Virus record (IMG/VR): IMGVR_UViG_3300042146_000099 | Location: 9,470 to 73,469 of that record | Strand: one strand, 5' to 3' | Source of the DNA: a virus | Length of the DNA stretch: 64,000 nucleotides | Position numbers and translations under genes: made by a program | The notes under the pieces: generated by a model | The model's input: only the letters and a program-made list of their open reading frames with translations | The model's database searches: none | Told to the model about the DNA's origin: nothing | Shown: piece after piece, positions 43,417 through 53,889 of the stretch | How the letters are laid out: every line of letters begins with the position of its first letter | How positions within the stretch are numbered: the stretch's first letter is position 1

Positions 43417-46301
43417 CAGGGCCTCCCTATGATCATCCAGTCGAGGTTGGTGTTCGTGGTGTTCGTCCGGTACACCCACACCGTGATGCTGGTGCCGGAC
43501 ACGGCGGTTTGGGCGACGCCCATCACCGTGGAGCCGATCACCGTGGTCTGGGCGGTGACGAAGCCGTAGAAGTTGTTGCCCGCGATATCGAACCCGGTCA
43601 CCGTGACGGACGTGGGCGTGTTGGCGACGGGCGAGATGGTCGCGAAGCCGACGCCCAGGGACTCGGGGCTCCAGATGCCGTAATGGCGGGTGATGCCGTC
43701 GTCGTCGAAGTGGATGTAGTTCCAGTCAGCAGCAGTCGGCCCGAACCAGCCGATCTCCGCCCGGTCTTCCCTGGCGAGGAACGATCCGCCGAAGTTGCCG
43801 CCAACTCCGGAGAACCATGCGGTCCTCATGCGGGTGTCGTCGACTTCGGCATAGCCGCCGGTGGCGTAGTACAGGCCATCGCCTGCGTTCAGCTTGTACC
43901 GGCCGAACGTGGCTGTGTTCTCGTCCATGGCGACGGTGGAGAAAACCCCGCTGGCGAGCGCTGTCGTGGTCATCTGAATACCGGCGGCAGCGTCGGGTGT
44001 GAGGTTGGTGTCGAAGGCTTGGATGAAGCTGTAGTTTGATCCGGTTTCGGCGTAGAAGCGGATCTCCGGCAGCAGTGCTGAGGTGGGGTTGATTTCGATG
44101 CGCCTGCCGGTGGTGCCGGATTTGAGTTGTCCGATGATCGATACGGATCCGTCGGCGCTGGCGATGTCGACGGTTTGGGTGCCGCCCGCGTTGTAGGCCT
44201 GCATGCCTGCAGAGTTGAGTTCGACGCGGGCGCCGGTTTCGGCGGTGCGGATGGACGCGCCGAGGAGCCAGTTCGCTGAGATCTGCCCGGCGGTCACTTT
44301 CGAGACGGTGAGGTCGCTGATGTGGGCGTCGTCGATGAGGAGTGCGGTCGCCGATGCCGCGTCGGACGGGCCGGACTTGTTGCCGGTCTGGTCGACTGCG
44401 ATGACGCGTACGTAGCGGGCTGATGTCTCCTCGACCTGCACGGTGGCGACCACGGGGATCTGCGCTTGGATCATCCCCGCCGTCGCCGACACCTTCGCCT
44501 TCAGCGTCGACTCCGACGGCGTGAACCCGGGCTCGTAGTCGACGTGGATCTCCAGGTGGTGAAGATCCGACTCCAGGTTGAACGTGCCGCCCGAACTCTT
44601 GCCCAGCTCGTGCGTGACCTGCACCGCGATCCGTGACGCGGCCACTGACGGGGCGGCTGGTGTTGACGGCGGCAGGTTGTCGGACGAGGCCACGAACGTT
44701 GTCGTCCCCGACCATGTGCCGGTGTTGCCGGTCTTGTCGACGGCGCGGATCTGCACGTCGTAGCCGACCCCAGGGCTGAGGTCTTGGAGTTGGGCGGTGC
44801 TTTCGCCCCAGGCCACGTACATGACCTGCCACTCGTCGTCGGGCGCGGCGAACGGCTGCGCCCACGTCTGCATGTCCATCCACCGGATTTGGGAGACTTG
44901 CGTCCAGGTGGCGGGGTAGATCATGTCGGTGTCGACGGCGTACCGGATCTCGTAGTGGTCGCCATCGAGGACGGTGGAGCCGTCGATGTTGTTGGGGGCG
45001 TTCCAGGTGAGGATGACGCGGGCGCGGGTGAAGCCGCGGGCGTCAAGGTAGGCGGTGCCGGTGAACGGCGTCACGAACGTCGGGATGCCGGGGATGGAGG
45101 TGTCGGCGTTGGGCCGCGATCCGATCGGCTCGGTCGAGGTGTTGGTGAGTTGCCGGGAGAAGTCCCCGACGGTGACGGTGCTGGTGCCGTCGGTTTCGAA
45201 GTCGACGTAGTCGGTGAGGTCGGTCCACGTGCCGTTCGCTGACCGGTAGGCGACCGTGTAGCCGCTAGTGATGGCCCACGACGTTTCGGTGACCTGGAGT
45301 TTGATCGGGTTGAGGCGCAGGCCCCGGAATGTGATCTCCGTGGACGTGTCGACGAGTCCGGCGTCCGGGTCGTACACCCACACCCGGTCCCCGACCACGA
45401 ACGAGCCGTGAACGTCGTAGTCGCTGGTAGAGAGGGTGAGCGCGTTCCGCGTCGAAGTGAACCTCGACAACTGCAGCGCGGCCCGGATCTCGGCGTTCGT
45501 CGTCGACGTATCCGACTCGCTGACCAACCTGGTGAGCTTGAGCGGGCCGCCGTGGATGTCCTTGAACCCGGTCGCCGGGGCAATGTCCGCCGCGCCGGTG
45601 GCGATGCTGTCGCCCTCCCCCTCCGCCAACAGGACGACGCGGGTCGAATAGTCCTCCATATCCCGGGTGACGTCCATGCTGCCAGGCAGCGCCCGCAGCG
45701 CCATGTCCTCACCCGCGCCCTTGGTGAGGATCACGCACGTCGGGTTGACCACGAACAGGTTGGAGTCCGGGCCGGCGTCCAATGTTCCGTCGCCGTTGAC
45801 GCGCCACGACACCGGGACGCTCTCCGACGACATGGTGTCGCACACGTACGAGATCGCCGTGCGGGGTGTCTCGTACTGGTGCCGTCCGGTGTACGTGCCG
45901 GACACGGAGTGGATGGTGCCTGCGGTGACCGCGCCGGAGGCGGGGAGCAGCATGTTGATGGTGGTCGCGAAGGAGGCGCTGGCGGGTTCGACGGCGTTCT
46001 CAAAAACGTCGCCTTTGCCGTCTTCGTCGCCGAGCCAGAACGCCATGCCGACGCCGCCGATGCTGATGTCGTCGGCGGGTGCGTTCGTACGGCCGTCGTC
46101 GCCCACGGTCTTCGTACGGACCACGCCGACGTAGCGGGCCACGTCGAGGAGGTTGTCGCCGTACTGGGCGGGGTCGAGGCGTCCGGGGATGATCGCGACG
46201 TGGCCGAAGTAGTCGATGCCGTCGAGGACGTCGCGGGGCACACCGCCGAGGAGTTTGACCTCCCACGAGCCGAGAGCTTTGAGGACTTCGGTGACCGCCA
46301 C
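43416..46301 (-). CDS. Minor tail protein (hub/central fibre, FN3-like domains)
   Basis: LSPGVGYDVQIRAVDKTGN and YVRVIAVDQTGNKSGPS; position after distal tail gene. Confidence 0.8.
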   Translation of the reverse strand: MAVTEVLKALGSWEVKLLGGVPRDVLDGIDYFGHVAIIPGRLDPAQYGDNLLDVARYVGVVRTKTVGDDGRTNAPADDISIGGVGMAFWLGDEDGKGDVFENAVEPASASFATTINMLLPASGAVTAGTIHSVSGTYTGRHQYETPRTAISYVCDTMSSESVPVSWRVNGDGTLDAGPDSNLFVVNPTCVILTKGAGEDMALRALPGSMDVTRDMEDYSTRVVLLAEGEGDSIATGAADIAPATGFKDIHGGPLKLTRLVSESDTSTTNAEIRAALQLSRFTSTRNALTLSTSDYDVHGSFVVGDRVWVYDPDAGLVDTSTEITFRGLRLNPIKLQVTETSWAITSGYTVAYRSANGTWTDLTDYVDFETDGTSTVTVGDFSRQLTNTSTEPIGSRPNADTSIPGIPTFVTPFTGTAYLDARGFTRARVILTWNAPNNIDGSTVLDGDHYEIRYAVDTDMIYPATWTQVSQIRWMDMQTWAQPFAAPDDEWQVMYVAWGESTAQLQDLSPGVGYDVQIRAVDKTGNTGTWSGTTTFVASSDNLPPSTPAAPSVAASRIAVQVTHELGKSSGGTFNLESDLHHLEIHVDYEPGFTPSESTLKAKVSATAGMIQAQIPVVATVQVEETSARYVRVIAVDQTGNKSGPSDAASATALLIDDAHISDLTVSKVTAGQISANWLLGASIRTAETGARVELNSAGMQAYNAGGTQTVDIASADGSVSIIGQLKSGTTGRRIEINPTSALLPEIRFYAETGSNYSFIQAFDTNLTPDAAAGIQMTTTALASGVFSTVAMDENTATFGRYKLNAGDGLYYATGGYAEVDDTRMRTAWFSGVGGNFGGSFLAREDRAEIGWFGPTAADWNYIHFDDDGITRHYGIWSPESLGVGFATISPVANTPTSVTVTGFDIAGNNFYGFVTAQTTVIGSTVMGVAQTAVSGTSITVWVYRTNTTNTNLDWMIIGRP

Positions 46302-46304
46302 CCG

Positions 46305-47513
46305 CTACCTCCTCACTCCGTAGACGGCTTCCGGCATGCACGCCGTGTACTGGTTCCGCAGGTCCGTAGCCGCATCCCCGGAGACCGCGGACCCGCCGCC
46401 GGCCGCCACGCCGATCCAGAAGTCCAGGCTCGTGGCGCTGGACTTGAGGACGCCTCCGTTGGCGTGGGCGGTGAACGACCGGGCGGATCCGGCGGCGAAG
46501 CGGTTGCCGCCGGCGTCGTCTCCGGTGGCCGTGACGTAGCCGGATGCGGCGAACGAGGTGTTGGTCTCCACCGTGGACCGGTAGGCGGCGAGGGTGGCCG
46601 ACGTGCCGGTTTGGAGGTAGCCCTCGATGAAGCGGGAGCCGCGGCGGAGGGTGAGGTCGAGGCTTGCCCGTCCGGGGTTGAGGCCCTTGGTGAGGCGCAT
46701 GATGCACATTTCGGGGTCGTTGCGCAGCAGGGTCGCCCCGTCCCACGAGGTGATCGACGAGGCGGATCCGGCGACGGAGACGTTCCACTCCTTGGAGTGG
46801 TAGGCGCCGCTGGTGTAGGCCTGCACGTCGAGCGTCCCGGACACGCCGGGCGTGACGTTGACGAGGCCGTTCGACAGGGCCCACCCGGTGGCGGCGAGGG
46901 GCACATCGACGCCGTACACCTCCTGCGACGCTGCCGTGGTGACCTTGACTCGTCCGTCGAGAAAGTCGGTGGGCGCGCAGCCCCAGCGTGGGGACACGTT
47001 CGCGGGCACCCCGCGGTAGACGGTCATCGCGCCGTCCGCGCCGGTGCGGGTCATCGTCGTCGCGTTGGTGGAGCCGGTGTAGTAGGCGTAGTGACCGATG
47101 GGTGGGGCGTGCCAGCGTTCCCCGGTCAGGCCGAAGTCATTCAACCTCACGGCGCCGGTGAGCCTGCTCTGGAGATCGGTTTCGGCATCCGACCCGATCC
47201 GCTCCAGGCTCACCTTCCAGTCGGCGGTGACGCGTTCGTTCAGGTGCTCCGTGTACGTCGACCCGGCGGACTTGATGGTGTAGTAGCCGTTGCGTTCCGG
47301 CTTGTCGGTGAACGTGACCGGGATGCACTGGCCGGGCGTGAGGGCGTTGATGCCGTCGTGCCGGGCCACGACCTGCGCGCGGGTCAGGGGCGGATAGGAC
47401 TCCTGCCCTTCGAGATCGAGAGAGCGTGTCTCGCCGCCGGACTCGGCAACGGCGAACGTCTCCCGCAGCGGGATACGGCCGATGGTCGTGTCGCCCCAGT
47501 TGTACAAGGCCAT
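46305..47513 (-). CDS. Minor tail protein (distal-tail position)
   Basis: Immediately downstream of tape measure. Confidence 0.7.
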   Translation of the reverse strand: MALYNWGDTTIGRIPLRETFAVAESGGETRSLDLEGQESYPPLTRAQVVARHDGINALTPGQCIPVTFTDKPERNGYYTIKSAGSTYTEHLNERVTADWKVSLERIGSDAETDLQSRLTGAVRLNDFGLTGERWHAPPIGHYAYYTGSTNATTMTRTGADGAMTVYRGVPANVSPRWGCAPTDFLDGRVKVTTAASQEVYGVDVPLAATGWALSNGLVNVTPGVSGTLDVQAYTSGAYHSKEWNVSVAGSASSITSWDGATLLRNDPEMCIMRLTKGLNPGRASLDLTLRRGSRFIEGYLQTGTSATLAAYRSTVETNTSFAASGYVTATGDDAGGNRFAAGSARSFTAHANGGVLKSSATSLDFWIGVAAGGGSAVSGDAATDLRNQYTACMPEAVYGVRR

Positions 47514-50500
47514 CAGGCCCGCCCCCTATCGAACTTACGGAGCGCTTCCTTCATCTCCGCCACCAGAGCGTTCGCGGCCGCGCGCCGGTCAGCGGCCGTG
47601 GAGAAGTCGAAGGAGCCGCTGACGGTGATGTTCTCGATGGTCACGCCGCCACCTGAGCGCACCAGCGCATCGAACATGGCGGTCTGCTGCGGGTCGAGGA
47701 TGCGTTCCGGCCGGCCGGTGGCGTTGACGGCCATCGTCGCGCCGGGCTGCAACAGGCCACCCGAGTCGAACTTCGCGGCCGGCGCGAAGCCCCAGCGGCT
47801 GGTGAACATGGGGTCCTTGTAGGAGCGGGCGCGTTTCCCGATCACCACGCCGTCTCCGCCGCGGCTCTCCACGTTGACGCCTGCAATGGTGCCCGCGGTG
47901 TGGCCGACGCCGCTGTTTGTGATGCCGATCTGGTAGGGGGAGTTCAGGTTCCGCACCCACCCGGACGGTCCGTTGTTCCCGACGAAGCTGCCGGTCGCCC
48001 ACCGGCGGTGGGGGCGTTCCCCGCGGATGACGGATTCGATTGCCGATGTCAGGCCGGAGCAGTCCCAGCTGGGGTTGCCGTTGCCGCCCCACTGGTACGG
48101 GAGGCCGTGCTGGGTTTTCGCCCAGGAGAGGGCCTTCTGCACGCCGGGGCCGCCGACGGCCTTCTTGTCTTCCTTGGTGAACCAGCCCATCATCCCGTCG
48201 ACCGCACGGTTGCTGAGTCCCCGCAGGAGGTTCCCAATACCGGTGTTGGGAATGCGGGCGATGAGCGGCCGTACCAGGGACCGCAGTGCCTTCTGCGCGG
48301 CTTCCTTCAGGCCGCCGACGACGAGGTCCTTGGCCCAGGATGCGGCGTCGCCGAGCTTGCCCAGGCCGGAGGTGATGTTCCCGACGATGCCGCCTTCGTC
48401 GAAGTGCTGCACCGGGCCTTGCTGGCGGCGCCGTTCTTCCTGCCTGCTGGGGTTTCCGCCGGTCTGGGTGGGCCGGTCCTGGCCGAGCATGGCGTCGATG
48501 CCGCGCTGCCCGCCCAACTGCGCCACCTGGGACTTGGAGAGGATGCGTTCGCCGGGGGTGAGCATGGCGGGGACGGTGTCGCTGTTGCCGGTGCCGGGGA
48601 CGACGCCGCCCTTGTTGAAGCCGAGCTTGATGGCGGGCAGCGTGAGGTTCGAGTTGATCTTTCCGGCGATGGTGTTCCACATCCTTCGGACGCCGTTGTT
48701 GTAGACGGTGCCCACCACGTACCGGACGGGGCTGGCGATCTTCGATTTGATGCCGTCCCAGATCCGGCCGAGACTGTCCCGCAGTGCGGTGAATGCGTCC
48801 CGCATCGCATTCATGAAGGAGCCGATGCGGTCGCGGATCGTTGAAAAGATCGACGACATTTTGTCGCGGGCGCCGTTCCACAGCCCGTTCCACACGTTCG
48901 TGATCGACGTGCGCAGACTGGTCATGCTGTTGCGGACGGACTGCCACGCGTTCGACATAGACGACCTGAGACCGGACCAGAAACTGTTCCAGCGTTCCCG
49001 TACAGACGCCCACAGGTCCCGCCAGGTTTTGACGAGCCAGTCCTTCAGCGCGCCAAAGATCCGCTTCGTGGCCGCCCACAACCCGGTGAAGTTGCGGACA
49101 ATCTCTCGCACCAAGTCGGGGATGATGCTGTGGCCGACGAGGACGTCGTACAGCCAACGGAATTTGTCGACAACCCACTTCACGACTTCCGCAGCCTTGT
49201 CCGCGAACTTCGTCAGCCAGCCGACGACGGTCGTGATGACCGGCACCACGGTGTTGATCGCACCGGCCAGCACCCCCGACATGAGGCCGGCCAGGCGGAC
49301 GATCAGCGGCAGCAGTGGCTCGATCACCTGCATCGCCAGATTGATCAACGCCGCCGACATCTGCCCAAGCACCGGGATCAGCGGCGCGAACGCCTGGTAC
49401 AGCGGCGTGAGTAGCGGCGCCAACTGGCCGATGAACCTCCCGAACGTCGCCACCGCCGGGATCAGCGCGGCGATCACCGGTTGCAGGCCTTTGACCAGGG
49501 CGCCGACGAGGATCGTCACGATGTTCCCGACGACGGGCAGAACCGGCGCCAAAGCGCTGATCACCACTCCGAGGAGGTCCCCGATCGGCTTCAGCAGCGG
49601 CATGACCATGCGGACGACACGGACGAGGATGTCGCCGAGCTGAGACACCACCGGCAGCAACGCGTCAATGATCGGCATCAAGGCTTTACCGAGCGCCGCA
49701 GCGAGATCCGCCAGAACGGGCCCGAGTTTCTCCGCCAGATCGCGGACGACAGGCGCCATTGCCTCCAGCAGTGGCAGCGCCGCCTGAAGCACCGAGCCGA
49801 GCGTCCCGGCGAAGAGTTTCGCGATCGCGTTCACGGCCTCGAAAATCGACGTCAGCGCCTGCTGAATCTCCGGCATCGCGGTGATCCGCCGCAGCTCCGC
49901 GAACACTGACCCGAGCGCGCCGAGGGCATCGCCGCCACCAGCCGCGGCAGCCTTCATGATGTTCCCGAGCGTCCCGAAAATGTCCCCGAGTAGCTGCCCG
50001 AACTGCTTCGCGATGTCGACCGCGCCACTGATGGCCTGTTCCAGCGATCCCGAGGCAAGCCCCTCGGAGATCTTCTGCGAGATGCGGTCCGCCATCCGAC
50101 CCGCCGCATCCGTGATCCGCTGAAACGCCGGGCTGGCGGCGATGGACAGTTGGGTGAGGCCGGTCAGGAACTGGCCCGGGATCCGGTTGAGGTTGCCGAA
50201 GCCCTTGTTGAGGCCGTCGAACATCTGCTTGAGCTGGCCCGTCTTCGACAGCTCGATGACCGCGCCGGCCGCGTTCTTCGCCATCGCGTTGAGGTTGTCG
50301 GCCATCCCGACGAGCCCGCCTCGTAGAGGCGGGATGACTGCGGTGCTGAGGCGGGTGAACGTGGTGCCGAGCCCGCGGAAGAGGGCATCCTGCACGTCCA
50401 ACTTCAGTCCCCGCCACGCCGCGCCCTGGGCGATGACGGCGTTGACGAACTCGCGGGCGTTCGGCGACAACTTCGCCATCGCGTCGCCCAGCTTGTTCAC

Positions 50501-52105
50501 TGCTGCGGCGCCGGCCGTTTGCGCGTCCGAGAGGGCCCTCGCTGCGTCAGCGACAGCGGCATGCGCGTCGGCGATGTCCCGTGCCCCGTCGACTGCGGCT
50601 TTCCGGGCGGCTTCGCGGGCGTCCGCGACGTCCCGTTCGGCTGCCGCGATCCTCTGCAAACCGTCCTGGGTGGTGCGTGCCTGCTCAATCTCCGCATCCC
50701 GCAGCGCACGCGTCCGGTCCGCAACCTCACGGTTGGCGTCCGCGATGTCCTGCTTGGCGTCGACGACTGTCTTGCTGCCTTCGACTCCGGCCTTGTTCGC
50801 GGCCTCGGTCTCCTCGGTCAGCCGGGCGGTTTCGGTCTGCTGCTCTTTGAGCCGCTGGATGGCGCGGTCGTAGGCGAGCTGCGCTTCTTCCAGTTCCTCG
50901 GCGGTCGCCTTCGATCCCTTGGCCTTGACCGCGGCAAGTTCTTCCTCGGCGTCCTGGACGTCAAGGACCGCCTGACGCTGATCCAACTGCGCGCTGGCGA
51001 GCCGGTTGTTGAGGTCTTCGAGGTCCTGGGCGGCCTCGCGGCGGGCGTCGTTGAGGTCGCGCTGCGCCTGCCGTGCTTCCTTCTGTGCGTCGGCGAGGTC
51101 CCGTTCCGCCTGCGCGACCTGCTGGGCGGCGCGCCGGTTGGCGTCGGCAACATCCTGGACAGTCGCTTTCAGGCTGCGCTGGGCGTCCTCGACGCGGCGG
51201 GCTGCCTGCACACGGGCCTCGGCCGCGCGCTGCTCGGCGTCCTTCACGCCCTGCTGGGCTTTCGCGACGGCGCGCTGGGCGTTCTCCACCTGCCGGATGG
51301 AGTTGGTGGCGGCGCTTGCACCCGCGGTGGCCGGCGCGAACGCGGCCTTGAACGCGTCACCGATACCCGAGGTGCCGACCTTGACCGCGGCGAACGCGGT
51401 AGCCAGCGACAGCACAGCCGGGGCGGCGACGGCTGCTGCGGGCCCCATGGCGATGATGGACTGGCCGAGGGAGGCGACGGTGGGGAGTGCGCCGATGGCG
51501 GCGGCGCCGAGGATGGCGATGCGGGAGGACAGCATGCCGATGCCGCCTGCGGACCCGCTGGCTGAACCTCCAAGGCTGGCCAGTCCGCCGAGGCCCGACA
51601 TGTTGGCCCGGATGTTGACGGTGCGGTCGCGGGTGAGAGCGGCGAGGCGGGCGGCTGCGTCGGCGGTGTCGGCGTCTGCGGTGACGCGGAGGGTGCGCCT
51701 GCGGGTGAGGTTCGCGATGTCGTCCGCCGCGACGCGGGTGTCGACGTCGACACCGATACGGACCCGCCGCCGCTGCGTCAGATTGCGGATCTCATCCGCT
51801 GCGACGCGGGTGTCCGCCGTGGCGAGGATGCGGACCGTACGGTCGGCGGTGAGCCGGTCCAGCTTTGCGGTGACGCGCCGCATCGACGCCTCATTGAGGT
51901 CGGCGTCGATGACCGCTTTGAGGACGGTGCGGGAGTGCTGGTCGGCGAAGCGGCGCAGCTGTGCGAGCGCGGCCGTGTCGTCGATGTCGAGGGTGACGGT
52001 CGCCTTGTTCTTCGACTGCCGCAGCCGCTGCATGGCGCGGTCATAGCCGGACTCGTCGGCGGTGACCTCGACGTATCCCTCTGCGATGCGAAAAGCCCCG
52101 GCCAT
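47513..52105 (-). CDS. Tape measure protein with C-terminal NlpC/P60 domain
   Basis: 1530 aa, Ala/Leu-rich, Trp-periodic repeats; PYQWGG....DCSG...GHT. Confidence 0.93.
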   Translation of the reverse strand: MAGAFRIAEGYVEVTADESGYDRAMQRLRQSKNKATVTLDIDDTAALAQLRRFADQHSRTVLKAVIDADLNEASMRRVTAKLDRLTADRTVRILATADTRVAADEIRNLTQRRRVRIGVDVDTRVAADDIANLTRRRTLRVTADADTADAAARLAALTRDRTVNIRANMSGLGGLASLGGSASGSAGGIGMLSSRIAILGAAAIGALPTVASLGQSIIAMGPAAAVAAPAVLSLATAFAAVKVGTSGIGDAFKAAFAPATAGASAATNSIRQVENAQRAVAKAQQGVKDAEQRAAEARVQAARRVEDAQRSLKATVQDVADANRRAAQQVAQAERDLADAQKEARQAQRDLNDARREAAQDLEDLNNRLASAQLDQRQAVLDVQDAEEELAAVKAKGSKATAEELEEAQLAYDRAIQRLKEQQTETARLTEETEAANKAGVEGSKTVVDAKQDIADANREVADRTRALRDAEIEQARTTQDGLQRIAAAERDVADAREAARKAAVDGARDIADAHAAVADAARALSDAQTAGAAAVNKLGDAMAKLSPNAREFVNAVIAQGAAWRGLKLDVQDALFRGLGTTFTRLSTAVIPPLRGGLVGMADNLNAMAKNAAGAVIELSKTGQLKQMFDGLNKGFGNLNRIPGQFLTGLTQLSIAASPAFQRITDAAGRMADRISQKISEGLASGSLEQAISGAVDIAKQFGQLLGDIFGTLGNIMKAAAAGGGDALGALGSVFAELRRITAMPEIQQALTSIFEAVNAIAKLFAGTLGSVLQAALPLLEAMAPVVRDLAEKLGPVLADLAAALGKALMPIIDALLPVVSQLGDILVRVVRMVMPLLKPIGDLLGVVISALAPVLPVVGNIVTILVGALVKGLQPVIAALIPAVATFGRFIGQLAPLLTPLYQAFAPLIPVLGQMSAALINLAMQVIEPLLPLIVRLAGLMSGVLAGAINTVVPVITTVVGWLTKFADKAAEVVKWVVDKFRWLYDVLVGHSIIPDLVREIVRNFTGLWAATKRIFGALKDWLVKTWRDLWASVRERWNSFWSGLRSSMSNAWQSVRNSMTSLRTSITNVWNGLWNGARDKMSSIFSTIRDRIGSFMNAMRDAFTALRDSLGRIWDGIKSKIASPVRYVVGTVYNNGVRRMWNTIAGKINSNLTLPAIKLGFNKGGVVPGTGNSDTVPAMLTPGERILSKSQVAQLGGQRGIDAMLGQDRPTQTGGNPSRQEERRRQQGPVQHFDEGGIVGNITSGLGKLGDAASWAKDLVVGGLKEAAQKALRSLVRPLIARIPNTGIGNLLRGLSNRAVDGMMGWFTKEDKKAVGGPGVQKALSWAKTQHGLPYQWGGNGNPSWDCSGLTSAIESVIRGERPHRRWATGSFVGNNGPSGWVRNLNSPYQIGITNSGVGHTAGTIAGVNVESRGGDGVVIGKRARSYKDPMFTSRWGFAPAAKFDSGGLLQPGATMAVNATGRPERILDPQQTAMFDALVRSGGGVTIENITVSGSFDFSTAADRRAAANALVAEMKEALRKFDRGRA

Positions 52106-52108
52106 GTC

Positions 52109-52495
52109 CTACCCTCCCTGCCCCATGCTGACCAGGCCGGGGAATTTGGCCCGGAACTGGGTCAAGCTCAGCTCTGTGCTGTGGTCGTCCCGCTCGGGTG
52201 CGGGGGTGCTGCTGGTGCGGGTTGGGGTGTTGTCGCGTTCGTTTTCGGCTCGGGCGGCCATGACGCCGGTGTAGGCGGTGAGCCGGTAGGCGAGTGCGAA
52301 GTAGCGGCGGGCGGAGATCTCGTCGTGTTCGAGGTCGATGCCGTAGATGGCGAGGAAGTCGGCGTCCAGGTCGTCGGTGTGGTCGAGGACCCACAGGCGT
52401 TCTTCGATGCGTTCGATGACGGTGTCGGCGTAGGCCGGTTCTCGGATGTCGTCGAACCTGTCCAGCCACGACCGGTCGTCTACTTCGCTTTTCCC
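52109..52495 (-). CDS. Tail assembly chaperone, frameshifted extension (gpT-like)
   Basis: Open -1 frame overlapping gpG-like end at GGGAAAA. Confidence 0.75.
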   Translation of the reverse strand, partial: GKSEVDDRSWLDRFDDIREPAYADTVIERIEERLWVLDHTDDLDADFLAIYGIDLEHDEISARRYFALAYRLTAYTGVMAARAENERDNTPTRTSSTPAPERDDHSTELSLTQFRAKFPGLVSMGQGG

Positions 52496-52872
52496 CCCTT
52501 CTCCTTGCGGCTGAGGGCGAGGTCGAGGACCTTGTCGACGATCCACTCCATCTGCTCTTCCTCAAGGGCCTCCGACTGTTCCAGCGCCTTGTACGCGTCC
52601 TCGCCCAGGACGCGGGTGAGGAGCGGGGCGGTGGCGATGTCCCGGCCGTGCTCGCGCGCCTCGCGGAGGAACTGCAGGGCCACGCCGGGCGAGATGGACT
52701 TGGGGATCGTGTACTCGTCGTCGCCGATGTAGAACAGCGGGACGCGCTCGACCTCGATGGCGTCGTTGGATGCGATCCGGATCGGCTCGAAGTCGAGGGC
52801 CTCTTCGGTGCTGGTGGGCTTGGCTGCGGCCCTTTTGCGGGCCGCAGTCGTCTGACGGGTGGTGGATGCCAT
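52480..52872 (-). CDS. Tail assembly chaperone (gpG-like)
   Basis: Between major tail and tape measure. Confidence 0.8.
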   Translation of the reverse strand: MASTTRQTTAARKRAAAKPTSTEEALDFEPIRIASNDAIEVERVPLFYIGDDEYTIPKSISPGVALQFLREAREHGRDIATAPLLTRVLGEDAYKALEQSEALEEEQMEWIVDKVLDLALSRKEKGGKAK

Positions 52873-52911
52873 GGGTGGTGCTCCTCGCGGTGGGCAGGGG
52901 TCGGCGACCGG

Positions 52912-53472
52912 CTACGACGTTTGGTCGATGATGTGGAAGGGGGTGATGCTGCTGCTCACGTAGTGGCCCGTGAACTTGCACGGGATCAGCGTCTGCTTGT
53001 CCTTGGTGTAGGACAGCTCGGACGACTCGGTGTTGAGCATGCGGCGGCCGATGATCCGGCGTGTGAGCTGGCTGGGGGCGTAGCCGTCGAGGATGAGCGC
53101 GAAGTAGTTGGGCTGCGTCGCGCTGGACGTGACGTTGGGGTCGAAGCTCTTGAAGCCCGCCCCGGACGCCGAGGTGCCGCCGTTGAGGGAGATCGACAGG
53201 TTCTCCAGCGTCGGCTCCGCCAGCGACGTCTCGATCATGAAGTCCTGCTTCGTCAGCCGGGACCCGACGCGCAGGGTGATCTGGTCGACCTCCAGCTCGC
53301 TGTACGTCTGGTCGATGCTGAGCTTCACGCCGTCCTGCGTACCGCCGAGGTCCGTCCACGAGGACGCGGGCGGTACGGCGTTGACGGCGGTGTCGGCCGG
53401 CTCGGTCGCACCGAAGTTGCCCTTGTAGAGGGTTCCCGGCCCCTGAATCAGATTCGTGGTCGTAACGGACAT
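52912..53472 (-). CDS. Major tail (tube) protein
   Basis: WTDLGGTQDGV...EVDQ...LAEPTLENL; synteny. Confidence 0.85.
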   Translation of the reverse strand: MSVTTTNLIQGPGTLYKGNFGATEPADTAVNAVPPASSWTDLGGTQDGVKLSIDQTYSELEVDQITLRVGSRLTKQDFMIETSLAEPTLENLSISLNGGTSASGAGFKSFDPNVTSSATQPNYFALILDGYAPSQLTRRIIGRRMLNTESSELSYTKDKQTLIPCKFTGHYVSSSITPFHIIDQTS

Positions 53473-53476
53473 ATCG

Positions 53477-53665
53477 TCAGCTCTCCTTGCTTCCGGCCGC
53501 GCCGGCAGTGGTCTTCTTCGCGGGGTTGGCCGGGGCCGCGGTCGCGGGCGGCGTGCTCGGGGCGGTTTCCTCGACGAGGAGCCCCTGGCGCTTCAGGTCG
53601 AGGTACTCGGCGTCGTCGACCTCGATCGTCTTGTCGGGCTGCATGGTGGTGCGGACGGTCGGCAT
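53477..53665 (-). CDS. Small hypothetical protein
   Basis: MPTVRTTMQPDK...; coupled. Confidence 0.6.
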   Translation of the reverse strand: MPTVRTTMQPDKTIEVDDAEYLDLKRQGLLVEETAPSTPPATAAPANPAKKTTAGAAGSKES

Positions 53666-53889
53666 CAGCGGTAAGCCTCTCGACGAAGGGGGAACTGGTG
53701 GTGGGAGAACTGCGGGTGGAAGCGCAGTTCCAGGGCCTGCTCGGGCGGGATGCTCGGCGGGCACGGCACGATGCGGATGTTGCCGGTCAGCAGGAACTCC
53801 AGCTCGGCCCGGCTGTTGTGCACGAGCGTCTTCCCGCCGTAGGAGAGGAGGTCCCCGTGGGGGGTGTCCTCTTGAATGGCCCACATCAT
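53665..53889 (-). CDS. Small hypothetical protein
   Basis: MMWAIQEDT...; ATGA overlap. Confidence 0.55.
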   Translation of the reverse strand: MMWAIQEDTPHGDLLSYGGKTLVHNSRAELEFLLTGNIRIVPCPPSIPPEQALELRFHPQFSHHQFPLRREAYR

